From contig JAQUQS010000005.1 in assembly GCA_028715965.1 (NCBI GenBank), forward strand, positions 54,904 through 118,903: a stretch of DNA of 64,000 nucleotides, written 5' to 3'. The translations under genes and the position numbers were made by a program. Numbering within the stretch: position 1 is the first letter of the stretch; each line of letters begins with the position of its first letter. The notes below the pieces were generated by a model. That model worked only from the letters and a program-made list of their open reading frames with translations. It was not told where the DNA came from and did no database searches. Below, piece after piece: positions 28,529 to 38,141 of this stretch. This DNA comes from Candidatus Omnitrophota bacterium (GTDB taxonomy: Bacteria; Omnitrophota; Gorgyraeia; Tantalellales; Tantalellaceae).

Positions 28529-29908
28529 CTATCCTCTTAGCTTTTTCTTCCACCTGGCCACTTCTTTCCTGACCCTTTCCGGGTTAGTACTACCATATGT
28601 CTTCTTATTGCTGACGGAAGTATGCGGGTCAAGCAAGGCGAGGACATTTCCGTCCAATTCGACAGAAAAACTTTTCAGTTCTTCCGGTGAAAGCCCTGAT
28701 ATCTCCGTACCCTTGTCCAGGCAGTACCTGACCATTTTACCCACTATATCATGGGCCTCCCGAAATGGCACTTTTTTGCCGACAAGATATTCCGCGATAT
28801 CCGTAGCGTATATAGCCTCATTATCGAGAGCCCTGACCATGGCCTCTTTATTGACCTTTATCGTTTCGGCAAGCCCCCTGAACATGGATAGCGATGATAC
28901 CACCGTCTCAACGGATTCGAAAAGCGGTTTCTTGTCCTCCTGCAGGTCCCTGTTATACGTATGCGGCAGCCCCTTCATCAGTACCAGTATGGAATTCAAG
29001 GCGCTTATGACCTGGGCCGATTTCCCCCGTATGAGCTCCAGCACATCCGGGTTCCTTTTCTGGGGCATAAGGGAGCTTCCCGTACAATAATCCGCCCCTA
29101 TCTCGACAAAACCGAATTCAGGGATACTATATAGTATCATGTCCTCCGCGAACCTTGAAAGATGCACGGATATGATGGAAAGGGCCGCGATGAATTCCGC
29201 TATAAAGTCCCTGTCACTGACCGAATCCAGGCTGTTGTCCGAGACCTTTCCGTATCCCAATTTTTCTGAGACAAAGTCCCGGTCAAGGTTAAGCGCCGAC
29301 CCTGCCAGCGCGCCGGATCCCATAACACACATATCCGACCTCTTGAAGGCGTCGACCACCCTGCCTTTATCCCTCTCAAGCATCTCCACATAGGCCAGGA
29401 CCAGATGGGACAAAAGTATAGGCTGTGCCCTGTTGAGATGCGTATATCCCGGGAGGATCACGTCGCCGGACCTCTCAGCCATAAGCACGAAAGATACCTG
29501 CAGTTCTTTTATCGCGTCCTCTATCCGTACAGCGCTATCCCTCAGATACAGCCTTACATCATTAACGATCTGTTCGTTCCTTGACCGGCCCGTATGAAGC
29601 TTCTTGGACGCTTCAGGCGCTTTTTTCTCTATATATCCCTGTATGGCGGAATGTATATCTTCGGAATCGGCGGGATCGAAGTTCCCTTCCTTTACCTCAT
29701 TAAAAAGACCATCCAGGACCGAGATAAGTTCTTCATGCTCCGCCTTGGAAAGTATCCCCGCCTTTTCCAACATATCCACGTGGACCTTGCTGCTCACACA
29801 GTCGTAAAGGGCAAGCACCCTGTCTACGCCCAGGCTCGAGGTGAACCCCAGCACATCCGGGTTCATCTCCTTGCCGGTGAACCTTCCTCCCCATAATTTA
29901 GCAGCCAT
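28529..29908 (-). CDS. argH: Argininosuccinate lyase
   Basis: MAAKLWGGRF.. hallmark and the fumarate lyase signature. Confidence 0.9.
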   Translation of the reverse strand: MAAKLWGGRFTGKEMNPDVLGFTSSLGVDRVLALYDCVSSKVHVDMLEKAGILSKAEHEELISVLDGLFNEVKEGNFDPADSEDIHSAIQGYIEKKAPEASKKLHTGRSRNEQIVNDVRLYLRDSAVRIEDAIKELQVSFVLMAERSGDVILPGYTHLNRAQPILLSHLVLAYVEMLERDKGRVVDAFKRSDMCVMGSGALAGSALNLDRDFVSEKLGYGKVSDNSLDSVSDRDFIAEFIAALSIISVHLSRFAEDMILYSIPEFGFVEIGADYCTGSSLMPQKRNPDVLELIRGKSAQVISALNSILVLMKGLPHTYNRDLQEDKKPLFESVETVVSSLSMFRGLAETIKVNKEAMVRALDNEAIYATDIAEYLVGKKVPFREAHDIVGKMVRYCLDKGTEISGLSPEELKSFSVELDGNVLALLDPHTSVSNKKTYGSTNPERVRKEVARWKKKLRG

Positions 29909-29947
29909 GACACTTTCTCCTTCCGATTCTCGGACGTCATCCCACGG

Positions 29948-31123
29948 TTATTTCTTATACGGCATCGCCCAAAGGTCTATGAACCCCTTGGCCAGCGACT
30001 GGTCGAAACGGTCGCCCTCGCCATATGTAGCCAGTTCTTTCTTGTAAATAGAGAACCGGCTTTTCCTGCCACATGCTTTAACGCCACCCTTGTAGAGCTT
30101 AACTTTCACCTCTCCCGTAACATTCTTCTGCGTCCTGTCGATCAAGGCATCCATAGACTCCCTCAGGGGGGTGAACCATAGACCGTTATATATCAGTTCC
30201 GAATATTTAACGGACATAACGCGTTTATAACTTCTTACCTCACGATCAAGGACCATTTCTTCCAGGGCTGAATGAGCCTCATAAAGTATGGCCGATCCCG
30301 GGGCCTCATATATCTCCCGGCTTTTTATCCCGACCAGCCTGTCCTCGATCATATCTACCCTGCCTACTCCATGCCTGGCCCCTATCGCGTTCAGTTTCGC
30401 CACCAGTTCCACCGGGCCGTACGTTCTCCCGTTGACAGACACCGGCACGCCTTTGGCGAACCCCACGGTCACGTATTCCGCCTTGTTCGGCGCCTTTTCC
30501 GGTTTTGATATCGTTATGTACGTATCGTCCGTCGGCTCGAACCACGGGTCTTCCAGCTTACCCCCCTCGATACTGATACCCCAGACGTTCACGTCTATAC
30601 TGTAAAGCTTCTTCTTCGTCTGTTCGATAGGCACTTTGTGTTTTTTAGCGTAATCTATCTCTGATTCCCTGGTGGTAAGTTCCCATTCCCTGACGGGCGC
30701 GACCACCTCAAGGTCCGGGGCTTTCACATGGAACGTGACCTCGAACCTTACCTGGTCGTTCCCCTTGCCGGTACACCCGTGCGCCACAGCCGACGCTTTT
30801 TCTTTCCTTGCGAAATTCACCATGCCTTCGGCTATTATTGGCCGGGACAGGGCCGTCGCGAGATTGTACTTACCCTGGTAAAGCGCCCCCGCCCTGAGTG
30901 AACGGAACGCGTATTCTTCCACGAATTTCTTTTTAAGGTCGTCTACCACGCATTTTTTCGCGCCTATCGCGAGCGCCCTTTTACGCGCGCGCTCATTGTC
31001 ACTGCCCTGGCCCACATCGCCCATATAACAGACCACTTCATATCCCCGGTCCATAAGCCACCTGATTATCACTGAGGTATCGAGCCCGCCCGAATAAGCC
31101 AGTACTATCTTTTTTTTGGACAT
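29948..31123 (-). CDS. argG: Argininosuccinate synthase
   Basis: Start at MSKKKIVLAYSGGLDTS (GGAG RBS), then the ArgG core. The track ORF has a 24-aa extension. Confidence 0.9.
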   Translation of the reverse strand: MSKKKIVLAYSGGLDTSVIIRWLMDRGYEVVCYMGDVGQGSDNERARKRALAIGAKKCVVDDLKKKFVEEYAFRSLRAGALYQGKYNLATALSRPIIAEGMVNFARKEKASAVAHGCTGKGNDQVRFEVTFHVKAPDLEVVAPVREWELTTRESEIDYAKKHKVPIEQTKKKLYSIDVNVWGISIEGGKLEDPWFEPTDDTYITISKPEKAPNKAEYVTVGFAKGVPVSVNGRTYGPVELVAKLNAIGARHGVGRVDMIEDRLVGIKSREIYEAPGSAILYEAHSALEEMVLDREVRSYKRVMSVKYSELIYNGLWFTPLRESMDALIDRTQKNVTGEVKVKLYKGGVKACGRKSRFSIYKKELATYGEGDRFDQSLAKGFIDLWAMPYKK

Positions 31124-31151
31124 TTCTTCTCCTTGTGGATTTGTGTAAGGA

Positions 31152-32075
31152 CTATTTCCGCCCCAACAAGCTGAGCAATACCGCCTTCTGGACATGAAGA
31201 CGGTTCTCCGCCTGATCGTATATTATGGAATTCTTTCCGTCTATCACATCCTCGCTTATTTCCTCTCCCCTGTGCGCCGGCAGGCAATGCATGACGAAAG
31301 CGTCCTTTTTTGCCGAGCTCATCAGTTCCTCGTTCACCTGAAAACCGGCAAAATCCCGTATCTTTTCGGCCTTTTCATGTTCCTGCCCCATACTTACCCA
31401 CACATCGGTGTAGACCACATCGCTACCCGCCACCGCCTTTTTCGGGTCATCATATACTTCTACGGACGATCCGTTGGAGGAAGCCGTCTTCTGGGCCTCG
31501 GCGAGTATATCTTTTGCCGGGGCATATCCCTTGGGAGTAGCTATCCTGAGATCGACGCCTGTTTTCGCGCACACAAGCATCAGGGAATTAAGCACGTTAT
31601 TGCCATCGCCGACATAGGACATGGTAACGCCCTTCATGCGGCCGAACTTCTCCTTCACCGTGAAAACATCGCTTAACGCCTGGCACGGGTGGGCCAGGTC
31701 CGAAAGGCCGTTTATCACTGGCACATCGGAATATTTCGCCAGGTCCTCCACGTCCTTGTGAGAGAACACCCTTGCCACCATACCATCAACATACCTGGAG
31801 ATCACTCGCGCAACGTCCTTCACCGACTCTCTTTCGCCCATCTTTATCTCCCTGGGGCTAAGATAAAGCACGTACCCTCCCAGGTGTACCATAGCAACTT
31901 CGAACGATACCCTTGTCCTGTTAGACGGCTTCTGGAATAAAAGGGCCAGCGTCTTATCCTTGAAAACCTTCTTTTTGGATAGCGGCGCTTTCTTCAGTTT
32001 GGCGGCCGAACGCATGAGCCCCATTATGTCACTGGTGGTCATCTCTTGTATGGTAATAAGGTCTTTTGACATCAT
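31152..32075 (-). CDS. argF: Ornithine carbamoyltransferase
   Basis: SNRTRVSFEV (STRTR motif) and HCLP motif. Start at MMSKDL with a GGAGG RBS, ATGA-overlapping the argD stop. Confidence 0.9.
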   Translation of the reverse strand: MMSKDLITIQEMTTSDIMGLMRSAAKLKKAPLSKKKVFKDKTLALLFQKPSNRTRVSFEVAMVHLGGYVLYLSPREIKMGERESVKDVARVISRYVDGMVARVFSHKDVEDLAKYSDVPVINGLSDLAHPCQALSDVFTVKEKFGRMKGVTMSYVGDGNNVLNSLMLVCAKTGVDLRIATPKGYAPAKDILAEAQKTASSNGSSVEVYDDPKKAVAGSDVVYTDVWVSMGQEHEKAEKIRDFAGFQVNEELMSSAKKDAFVMHCLPAHRGEEISEDVIDGKNSIIYDQAENRLHVQKAVLLSLLGRK

Positions 32076-33286
32076 ATTGCCTCCAGAACTTTTGATAGTT
32101 TGTCCAAAGCTTCGTCTATTTCTTCCTCTGTAACGGTGATAGGAGGCATTATCCTCAGGATATTTTTCTGGGTGCAATTTATGAGAAGGCCCTCTTTAGC
32201 GCATTTTCCCGGTACAGCTGTCGCGTCCTCCATGTTCATCACGACACCCAGCATCAGCCCCAACCCCTTTATCTGCCCTATAAGGCCACAGTCCTTTGAC
32301 AGCTTCTCCAGTGACGCCCTGAGGTACGCCCCCATCTTCCTGGCGTTATCCAGGAGCGCTCCTTCCTCTATCGCGTCAAAAACACCGAGGCCCGCGGCGC
32401 ACACAACAGATCCTCCGCCAAAAGTCGAGGCGTGGGTCCCCGCGGTCAGCACTTCCGAGAACTTCGTCCCGGCCACCATCGCGCCTATAGGCAGGCCACC
32501 TCCGAGCGATTTCGCCAGGGTCATCACATCGGGCTCTATCCCGAAATTCTTATAAGCGAACATCTCCCCGGTCCGCCCCATGCACGTCTGCACCTCATCC
32601 AGCATGAGGAGTACGTCATTATCCGTACAAAGGTCCCTTAGCTCCCTCATATAGGACACATCCGGGACATTTATCCCTCCCTCGCCCTGCACCGGTTCTA
32701 ACAGCACCGCTACCGTCCGGTCGGTGAACGCGTTCCGTACGGCGTTAATATCGTTGAACGGCACATGACGGAACCCTTCAGGAAGCGGGCTGAAACCCTT
32801 CTTGACCTTATCCTGTCCTGTGGCGGTTATAGTGGCGAGCGTCCTTCCATGGAACGACCTTTCCATCGTTATTATCTCGAACCTCGACGGATTCCCGTAC
32901 TTCCTCGCGAGCTTTATAGCCGCTTCGTTGGCCTCGGCGCCGGAATTGGCGAAGAACACCTTGCCGGGGAACGAATTCTCTATTATCCTTTTGGCCAGTA
33001 CAGGCTGAACATCGTTGAAATAATTGTTTGAGACATGCAGTATGCGTCCCAACTGCCGGTTGATACCGTCCAGCACTTTGGGATGCCTGTGTCCTATTCC
33101 GCTTACGGCCCATCCCGGAAAAAAATCCAGGTACTTTTTGCCGTCGACATCTTCCACATAACTGCCCTCACCCTTGACGAGACATATCCCCTCATAGGTG
33201 TAAGTGGCCATCACATACTTGCCGTAAAGTTCTTTTATCTCATCTGTATTCATTTTCCCCCCAGAACGGTCCGCTAGCAGGGTCAT
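32072..33286 (-). CDS. argD: Acetylornithine aminotransferase
   Basis: Class III PLP aminotransferase. Context and length fit ArgD. Confidence 0.88.
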   Translation of the reverse strand: MTLLADRSGGKMNTDEIKELYGKYVMATYTYEGICLVKGEGSYVEDVDGKKYLDFFPGWAVSGIGHRHPKVLDGINRQLGRILHVSNNYFNDVQPVLAKRIIENSFPGKVFFANSGAEANEAAIKLARKYGNPSRFEIITMERSFHGRTLATITATGQDKVKKGFSPLPEGFRHVPFNDINAVRNAFTDRTVAVLLEPVQGEGGINVPDVSYMRELRDLCTDNDVLLMLDEVQTCMGRTGEMFAYKNFGIEPDVMTLAKSLGGGLPIGAMVAGTKFSEVLTAGTHASTFGGGSVVCAAGLGVFDAIEEGALLDNARKMGAYLRASLEKLSKDCGLIGQIKGLGLMLGVVMNMEDATAVPGKCAKEGLLINCTQKNILRIMPPITVTEEEIDEALDKLSKVLEAI

Positions 33287-34137
33287 CCCTGGACTATCTC
33301 GGTACCGATACCTTTATCCGTGAACATCTCAAGAAGCAACGCGTGGGACAGATTGGCGTCAACAATATGGGCCTTTCTTACATTGCCCCGCAACGCGTGT
33401 AGACACGCCTTCACCTTAGGCACCATGCCTCCCTTGACCACTCCGGTCTGCATAAGATGCTCGACCGTTTCCATCGTTATGGAGTGGAATATCGAATCGG
33501 GATCGGACTGATCCCGAAGAACGCCCCTTACATTGGTCAGGACAACGAACTTTTCCGCGTTCAAGGCTATGGCGATATTACTGGCAGCCTCATCGGCGTT
33601 AATGTTATAAAGCATATTGTCCTTACCTTTTCCCACAGGACAGATCACGGGTATTATGTTGGTCTCTATAAGCCTGTTAAGTATGGTAGTATCCACGGCT
33701 TCGACGCTGCCTACATATCCCAGGTCCGGACCGTCGCGTTTGACCGCCCTCACCATATTGTTCTCCTTGCCGCTAAGCCCGAAGGATTCACCGCCAAAAT
33801 CGTTTATCTCCTGTACGAGCTTGGAGTTGACCTCCATAAGTACGGAATCCACCACTCCCATAGACCTCTCACACGTTACCCTGAGACCGTCAACGAACTT
33901 GGTCTCGATATCGGATTCCTGGAGTTTCTTGGTTATGTTAGGTCCCCCGCCATGTACCAGTACGGGCCGCATGCCCGCGTACTTCATGAATACGATATCC
34001 TGCAGTATCATCTTGCGCGAAGCGTCATCATGGAGTGAGCTGCCACCGAACTTTATCACTACCACTTTGTTATAGAACTTCTTTATGTATGGCAGCGCTT
34101 CTATGAGCACTTCACTTTTCTTTATCGCGTTCTCCAT
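33283..34137 (-). CDS. argB: Acetylglutamate kinase
   Basis: VVIKFGGSS.., VLVHGGGP motifs. Confidence 0.9.
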   Translation of the reverse strand: MENAIKKSEVLIEALPYIKKFYNKVVVIKFGGSSLHDDASRKMILQDIVFMKYAGMRPVLVHGGGPNITKKLQESDIETKFVDGLRVTCERSMGVVDSVLMEVNSKLVQEINDFGGESFGLSGKENNMVRAVKRDGPDLGYVGSVEAVDTTILNRLIETNIIPVICPVGKGKDNMLYNINADEAASNIAIALNAEKFVVLTNVRGVLRDQSDPDSIFHSITMETVEHLMQTGVVKGGMVPKVKACLHALRGNVRKAHIVDANLSHALLLEMFTDKGIGTEIVQG

Positions 34138-34174
34138 GCATGTCTCCTAATATAGGAGCGGACCCGTCGCCCGC

Positions 34175-35368
34175 TCATGTTGTATAATAAGAGTTCAACG
34201 TTATGTATTTTTTCGATATATCGCAGGAATACACCACATGCTCCGCGCTACCCGCGCAAAGATCCACCTCTATGGTGACATCCCTGCCCTTGAACACTTT
34301 CGACGTTCTCCTCTTCGCGCGCGTGGCGAATCTGCCATTCTTATAAAAGGTGACGCCATCCAACCGTATTACCATCTTTTCCGGGTCGACCTTGACGCCG
34401 CTGGCGCCTATGCTTGACGCTACCCTCCCCCAGTTAGGGTCCCCGCCCAGTACGGCACACCGCACAAGAAGGGAACTGGCTATGGCTTCCGCCGCTTTCT
34501 TCGCGTCCCTTTTCGTGACCGCTCCTTTTACCCGGGTCTCGATCATCTTAGTCGCGCCCTCTCCATCCCGTACTATCATCTTAGCGAGGGCAAGCATGAC
34601 CTCCCCGATGTTCTTTGTGAACACGTCAAGGGCCCTGCCGGGGCCGGTTATAGACCTGTTCCCGGCCGCGCCGTTGGCCATGACTATCACCGAGTCGTTA
34701 GTGCTCATATCACCGTCCACGGTTATGGCGTTGAAAGAATCCGCTACCCGTTCCCGCAGGGCCCCTTCCAGCGCCTTACGCGTGATATCCACGTCCGTAA
34801 CGATATAACAAAGCATGGTGGCCATGTTAGGCTGTATCATACCGGCGCCTTTGGCTATCCCGGATATAGTTACCTCCTTGCCACCACACTTGAATTTCCT
34901 GACCTCGATCTTGTTGAACCCGTCAGTAGTACTTATCCCTTCGGCTGCGTCCCCGAGCCCTTCACGGGACAACGCTTTTATGAGCTTTTTCATCCCACCA
35001 AGTATCTTCCTGATAGGCATGAACTGGCCTATTATGCCCGTGGATGACACCAATACTGAATTTTCCGGCACATCCAGGAGTTCCGCCGTCCTGGTGGCCA
35101 TGGCCTCGGCATCCTTTATGCCGCGCTGACCTGTCATACAATTCGCGTTCCCGCTGTTCACCACTACCGCCCTTACGGGCACTTGCGCCGCTAGTTTTCT
35201 CTCACAAACTATGACAGGCGCGGCCTTCATCGTGTTGGTCGTGAACATACCGGCCGCGTTACACGGATAAAGAGAGAAAATAAGCGCGAGGTCCTTGCGC
35301 TTCTTCTTGACCCCGGAATGTATCCCGGATGCCATGAACCCTTTGGGAAGAAGAAAATGCTCCATCAT
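34175..35368 (-). CDS. argJ: Bifunctional ornithine acetyltransferase / N-acetylglutamate synthase
   Basis: PKGFMASGIHSGVKKK.. and an ATML-type self-cleavage region (TMLCYIVTD). Start taken at the internal Met pair MMEHF. Confidence 0.88.
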   Translation of the reverse strand: MMEHFLLPKGFMASGIHSGVKKKRKDLALIFSLYPCNAAGMFTTNTMKAAPVIVCERKLAAQVPVRAVVVNSGNANCMTGQRGIKDAEAMATRTAELLDVPENSVLVSSTGIIGQFMPIRKILGGMKKLIKALSREGLGDAAEGISTTDGFNKIEVRKFKCGGKEVTISGIAKGAGMIQPNMATMLCYIVTDVDITRKALEGALRERVADSFNAITVDGDMSTNDSVIVMANGAAGNRSITGPGRALDVFTKNIGEVMLALAKMIVRDGEGATKMIETRVKGAVTKRDAKKAAEAIASSLLVRCAVLGGDPNWGRVASSIGASGVKVDPEKMVIRLDGVTFYKNGRFATRAKRRTSKVFKGRDVTIEVDLCAGSAEHVVYSCDISKKYITLNSYYTT

Positions 35369-35434
35369 CCACCTTAATTTATATGCTTTGAGAACGTTCC
35401 CTGATCCACGCCCCGTCGGCACCACGCCCCGGGA

Positions 35435-36448
35435 CTATATCAATCCGTCCGTCTCTTTCAGCCCGGACATTATGTTCATGTTCTGTACGGCCTGGCCGCT
35501 GGCCCCTTTGAGCAGGTTATCAATAACAGAGACTATGATCAGCATGCCCCTGGCGACCTTTATGCCGATGTCGCAGAAGTTCGTACCTGCCGCGCCGGCT
35601 ATATCAGGCATTACCCCTTCGGGCATAAGCCTGACAAAAGGCTCATTCCCATAGGCCGCCTGGAACATCTCCCGCAAGTCCTTTTCCGGCGGTAATCCCT
35701 TATGCTCGACATATATGGTCGAAAGGATACCCCTCCTTACGGGCAAGAGATGCGGAACAAAATTCACTTTTATCTCTCCCTCAGCCGCCAACGACAATAT
35801 GGATTCCATTTCCGGTATATGCTGGTGGGCGTTCTCCTTATAACTTTTGAAATTACCGTCCACCTCGGTAAAGGAAAGCTCGACGGCGGATTTCCTTCCG
35901 GCTCCGGAAGCCCCGCTCTTGGAATCGACTATCACGGTAAGCCCGAGTTCCGACAACATCTTAGCGATGGGCATAAGTCCGAGGATCACACTTGTAGGAT
36001 AACATCCCGGGTTAGCCACCAGTGAAGCGCCACCGATATTTTTCCTGTTCATCTCCGGAAGGCCATAAACAGCCGAACTTATGTTCTTTTTGTCCCCGTG
36101 CTCGATCCCGTAATGGCTGGCATATACATCCGCGTTAAGACGGTAATCGGCGCTAAGGTCCACGACCTTAACTCCCCTCTCCAGGAATTGCGGAGCGACT
36201 TGCATGGACACGGTGTGTGGCAGCGCAAGGAATACCAGGTCACTGCCCTCGGACACCTCGTCCACATCCAGTTTTTTGCAGTAAAGCTCCGTCCGCCCCG
36301 CGAACCTCCGATAAACATCGGCGTATCTTGTCTCTTTATCGAACCTTGCCGTAAGAAAAGATATGTCAGTTCCCGGATGCTTTAGAAGGAGGTCCACCAG
36401 TTCCTGCCCGGAATACCCGGTAGCTCCGACCACCGATACCTTGACCAT
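35435..36448 (-). CDS. argC: N-acetyl-gamma-glutamyl-phosphate reductase
   Basis: MVKVSVVGATGYSGQEL.. and a catalytic Cys region. Start at Met8 of the track ORF. Confidence 0.9.
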   Translation of the reverse strand: MVKVSVVGATGYSGQELVDLLLKHPGTDISFLTARFDKETRYADVYRRFAGRTELYCKKLDVDEVSEGSDLVFLALPHTVSMQVAPQFLERGVKVVDLSADYRLNADVYASHYGIEHGDKKNISSAVYGLPEMNRKNIGGASLVANPGCYPTSVILGLMPIAKMLSELGLTVIVDSKSGASGAGRKSAVELSFTEVDGNFKSYKENAHQHIPEMESILSLAAEGEIKVNFVPHLLPVRRGILSTIYVEHKGLPPEKDLREMFQAAYGNEPFVRLMPEGVMPDIAGAAGTNFCDIGIKVARGMLIIVSVIDNLLKGASGQAVQNMNIMSGLKETDGLI

Positions 36449-36555
36449 TTTGTCTCCTTTTCGCCTCATATAAATACCCCGTGCCTAGTGATAATTAATT
36501 ATAACTAACATGTATAGTTTGGGTTATATATAATAAGCCTTTGGTGTGAAACACA

Positions 36556-36584
36556 AGTATAAGATAAATATTATTTGATGTCAA
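36556..36584 (-). promoter_or_regulatory. Consensus sigma70 promoter for the arg operon (TTGACA-17-TATACT)
   Basis: Minus strand reads TTGACATCAAATAATATTTATCTTATACT. The -35 is plus 36579-36584 and the -10 is plus 36556-36561. The leader to argC is about 100 nt. Confidence 0.6.
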
Positions 36585-36631
36585 TCAAAAACCCATGACA
36601 GCCCGGTCACGTTCCACCGCGGGAACGCTAT

Positions 36632-36664
36632 AAAAAAAGGCGGACCATTTTTCAATGATCCGCC
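36632..36664 (-). terminator. Rho-independent terminator downstream of rpsI
   Basis: Hairpin GGCGGA-N14-TCCGCC followed by a T7 run on the minus strand (A-run at plus 36632-36638). Confidence 0.65.
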
Positions 36665-36710
36665 AGCGAGCTCAACGCCTTTTCCACCGGGAAGTACGGG
36701 CAGAAAAGAA

Positions 36711-37106
36711 CTATCTCTTAGAGAACTGGAATCTTTTGCGTGCTCTTTTACGACCGTACTTCTTACGTTCTTTCGCTCTTGGGTCCCTGGTAAAGAAACC
36801 GGCCTTTTTAAGCTTGAGGCGCAGGCTCTCATCTGCCTTCAAAAGCGCCCTTGATATACCCAACCTCAAGGCCCCCGCCTGACCGCTTATCCCACCGCCA
36901 TCTATCGTGGCCAGTACGTCATATTTTCCCTGCAGGCCAGCGAGCTTGAACGGCATCATTACATCAATGCGGTGTGTCTCTCTGGGGAAGTATTCCTCAA
37001 ACTCGCGTTTGTTGATCTTGACCTTACCCGTCCCGGGTCTGAGCCTTACCCTGGCTACAGACTCTTTTCTTCTCCCGACGGCCACGAACTCAATAAGTTG
37101 TTCCAT
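36711..37106 (-). CDS. rpsI: 30S ribosomal protein S9
   Basis: 131 aa with the [21 protein letters not shown]-terminus. Confidence 0.95.
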   Translation of the reverse strand: MEQLIEFVAVGRRKESVARVRLRPGTGKVKINKREFEEYFPRETHRIDVMMPFKLAGLQGKYDVLATIDGGGISGQAGALRLGISRALLKADESLRLKLKKAGFFTRDPRAKERKKYGRKRARKRFQFSKR

Positions 37107-37122
37107 TTATTAGCACCTCTTG

Positions 37123-37548
37123 TTATATCTTTTTTTCAACCGGTTTCTGCGCCGTATGAGGATGCGCCTCACCAACATACAGCTTAAGTCTCTTCATCAT
37201 CCTGTCCCCGAGCCTGTTCTTCGGAAGCATACCCTTGACCGCGTGCCTCAGTATATGTTTCGGGTGTTTCTCCTGCATATCCGAATAAACGGTCACTCTC
37301 TGCCCTCCGGGATATCCCGAGAATCTTTTGTATTCCTTCTGAAGGCTCTTCTTGCCCGTTATCTTGATCTTTTCGCAGTTAAGGACAACAACACCTGCTC
37401 CATTATCAACATGCGGGGTAAAATCAGTACGGTACTTCCCTTTCAACAGGGTCGCGATAGCCGTAGCCGCCCTGCCCAGCACTTTGCCCTGGACATCAAC
37501 AACGAACCATTCGTGACAGGTTTCCTCATTTTTTACCATTTTAGTCAT
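37123..37548 (-). CDS. rplM: 50S ribosomal protein L13
   Basis: MTKMVKNEETCHEWFVVD.. aligns to the E. coli L13 N-terminus, so the start is the internal Met11 of the track ORF. Confidence 0.9.
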   Translation of the reverse strand: MTKMVKNEETCHEWFVVDVQGKVLGRAATAIATLLKGKYRTDFTPHVDNGAGVVVLNCEKIKITGKKSLQKEYKRFSGYPGGQRVTVYSDMQEKHPKHILRHAVKGMLPKNRLGDRMMKRLKLYVGEAHPHTAQKPVEKKI

Positions 37549-37786
37549 CTTCATGTGCGATCCATCCTCAATGATCATTTATAAATATAATAAGATCAGG
37601 CACCATATGTCATAACACCGAAATGCCAAATAGAGTTGTAAAATTAACATATTTAATAAGGTTTGTCAAGCTGAAAAATATATTAACCGTGTGGCAGGGC
37701 ATCGGGACCTCCCTCCACGGGAAAGACGGAGAACCTTTGTCCCGGCGGGATATGTCCTGGGCTTGATGTTATCCCCTTGCGAGCAT

Positions 37787-37956
37787 CACTTACCGATCAC
37801 ATTTTCGTATAACGCCCTCACCTGGTCCTTATAATACCGGTTGAACACCGATTTGAGTTCGGTCTCCCGTACGTTCTTTCGGAGAAAATCGCTTCTTTTC
37901 TTGTTCTTACGGCGTTGTTCTACCAGGGTCACCTTGTGTGAATAGTTCTTTTTCAT
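37787..37956 (-). CDS. 56-aa highly basic hypothetical protein, translationally coupled to the AbrB-fold gene (not in ORF track)
   Basis: ATG at 37956 overlaps the upstream TGA (ATGA) and a GGGGGG RBS precedes it. Translation: MKKNYSHKVTLVEQRRKNKKRSDFLRKNVRETELKSVFNRYYKDQVRALYENVIGK, stop at 37787-37789. No recognisable family. Confidence 0.5.
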
Positions 37957-38126
37957 CCGTATCCCCCCTTATCCTTCTTGGCAAAGACCACGGTACCGTC
38001 ATCCCTCACCTCAAATATCACTTTATCCCTGCTTTGTATCTGGAAATAATCCTGTAAGACCTTGGGAATGAAGATCTGTCCCCGGTCTGAAACTGTTGCC
38101 TTGAACTCAAAACGCGGTTTGCGCAT
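37953..38126 (-). CDS. AbrB/MazE (SpoVT-AbrB swapped-hairpin) family small DNA-binding protein, antitoxin-like
   Basis: MRKPRFEFKATVSDRGQIFIPKVLQDYFQIQSRDKVIFEVRDDGTVVFAKK.. is a typical looped-hinge AbrB/MazE fold. Start at 38126 with a GGAGG RBS. The track start at 38156 is a TTG inside the repeat array. Confidence 0.7.
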   Translation of the reverse strand: MRKPRFEFKATVSDRGQIFIPKVLQDYFQIQSRDKVIFEVRDDGTVVFAKKDKGGYG

Positions 38127-38141
38127 AACGAATAACCTCCA

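Noticed and set aside
32060-32180. Apparent 2-nt frame inconsistency when hand-indexing the argD-argF junction
   Set aside because: My manual position reading around 32070-32160 disagreed by 2 nt with the ORF track. The track coordinates match at flanking checkpoints (31123, 33286), so this is treated as a reading artefact, not a frameshift or pseudogene. Hand-derived positions may be off by +/-2 nt.
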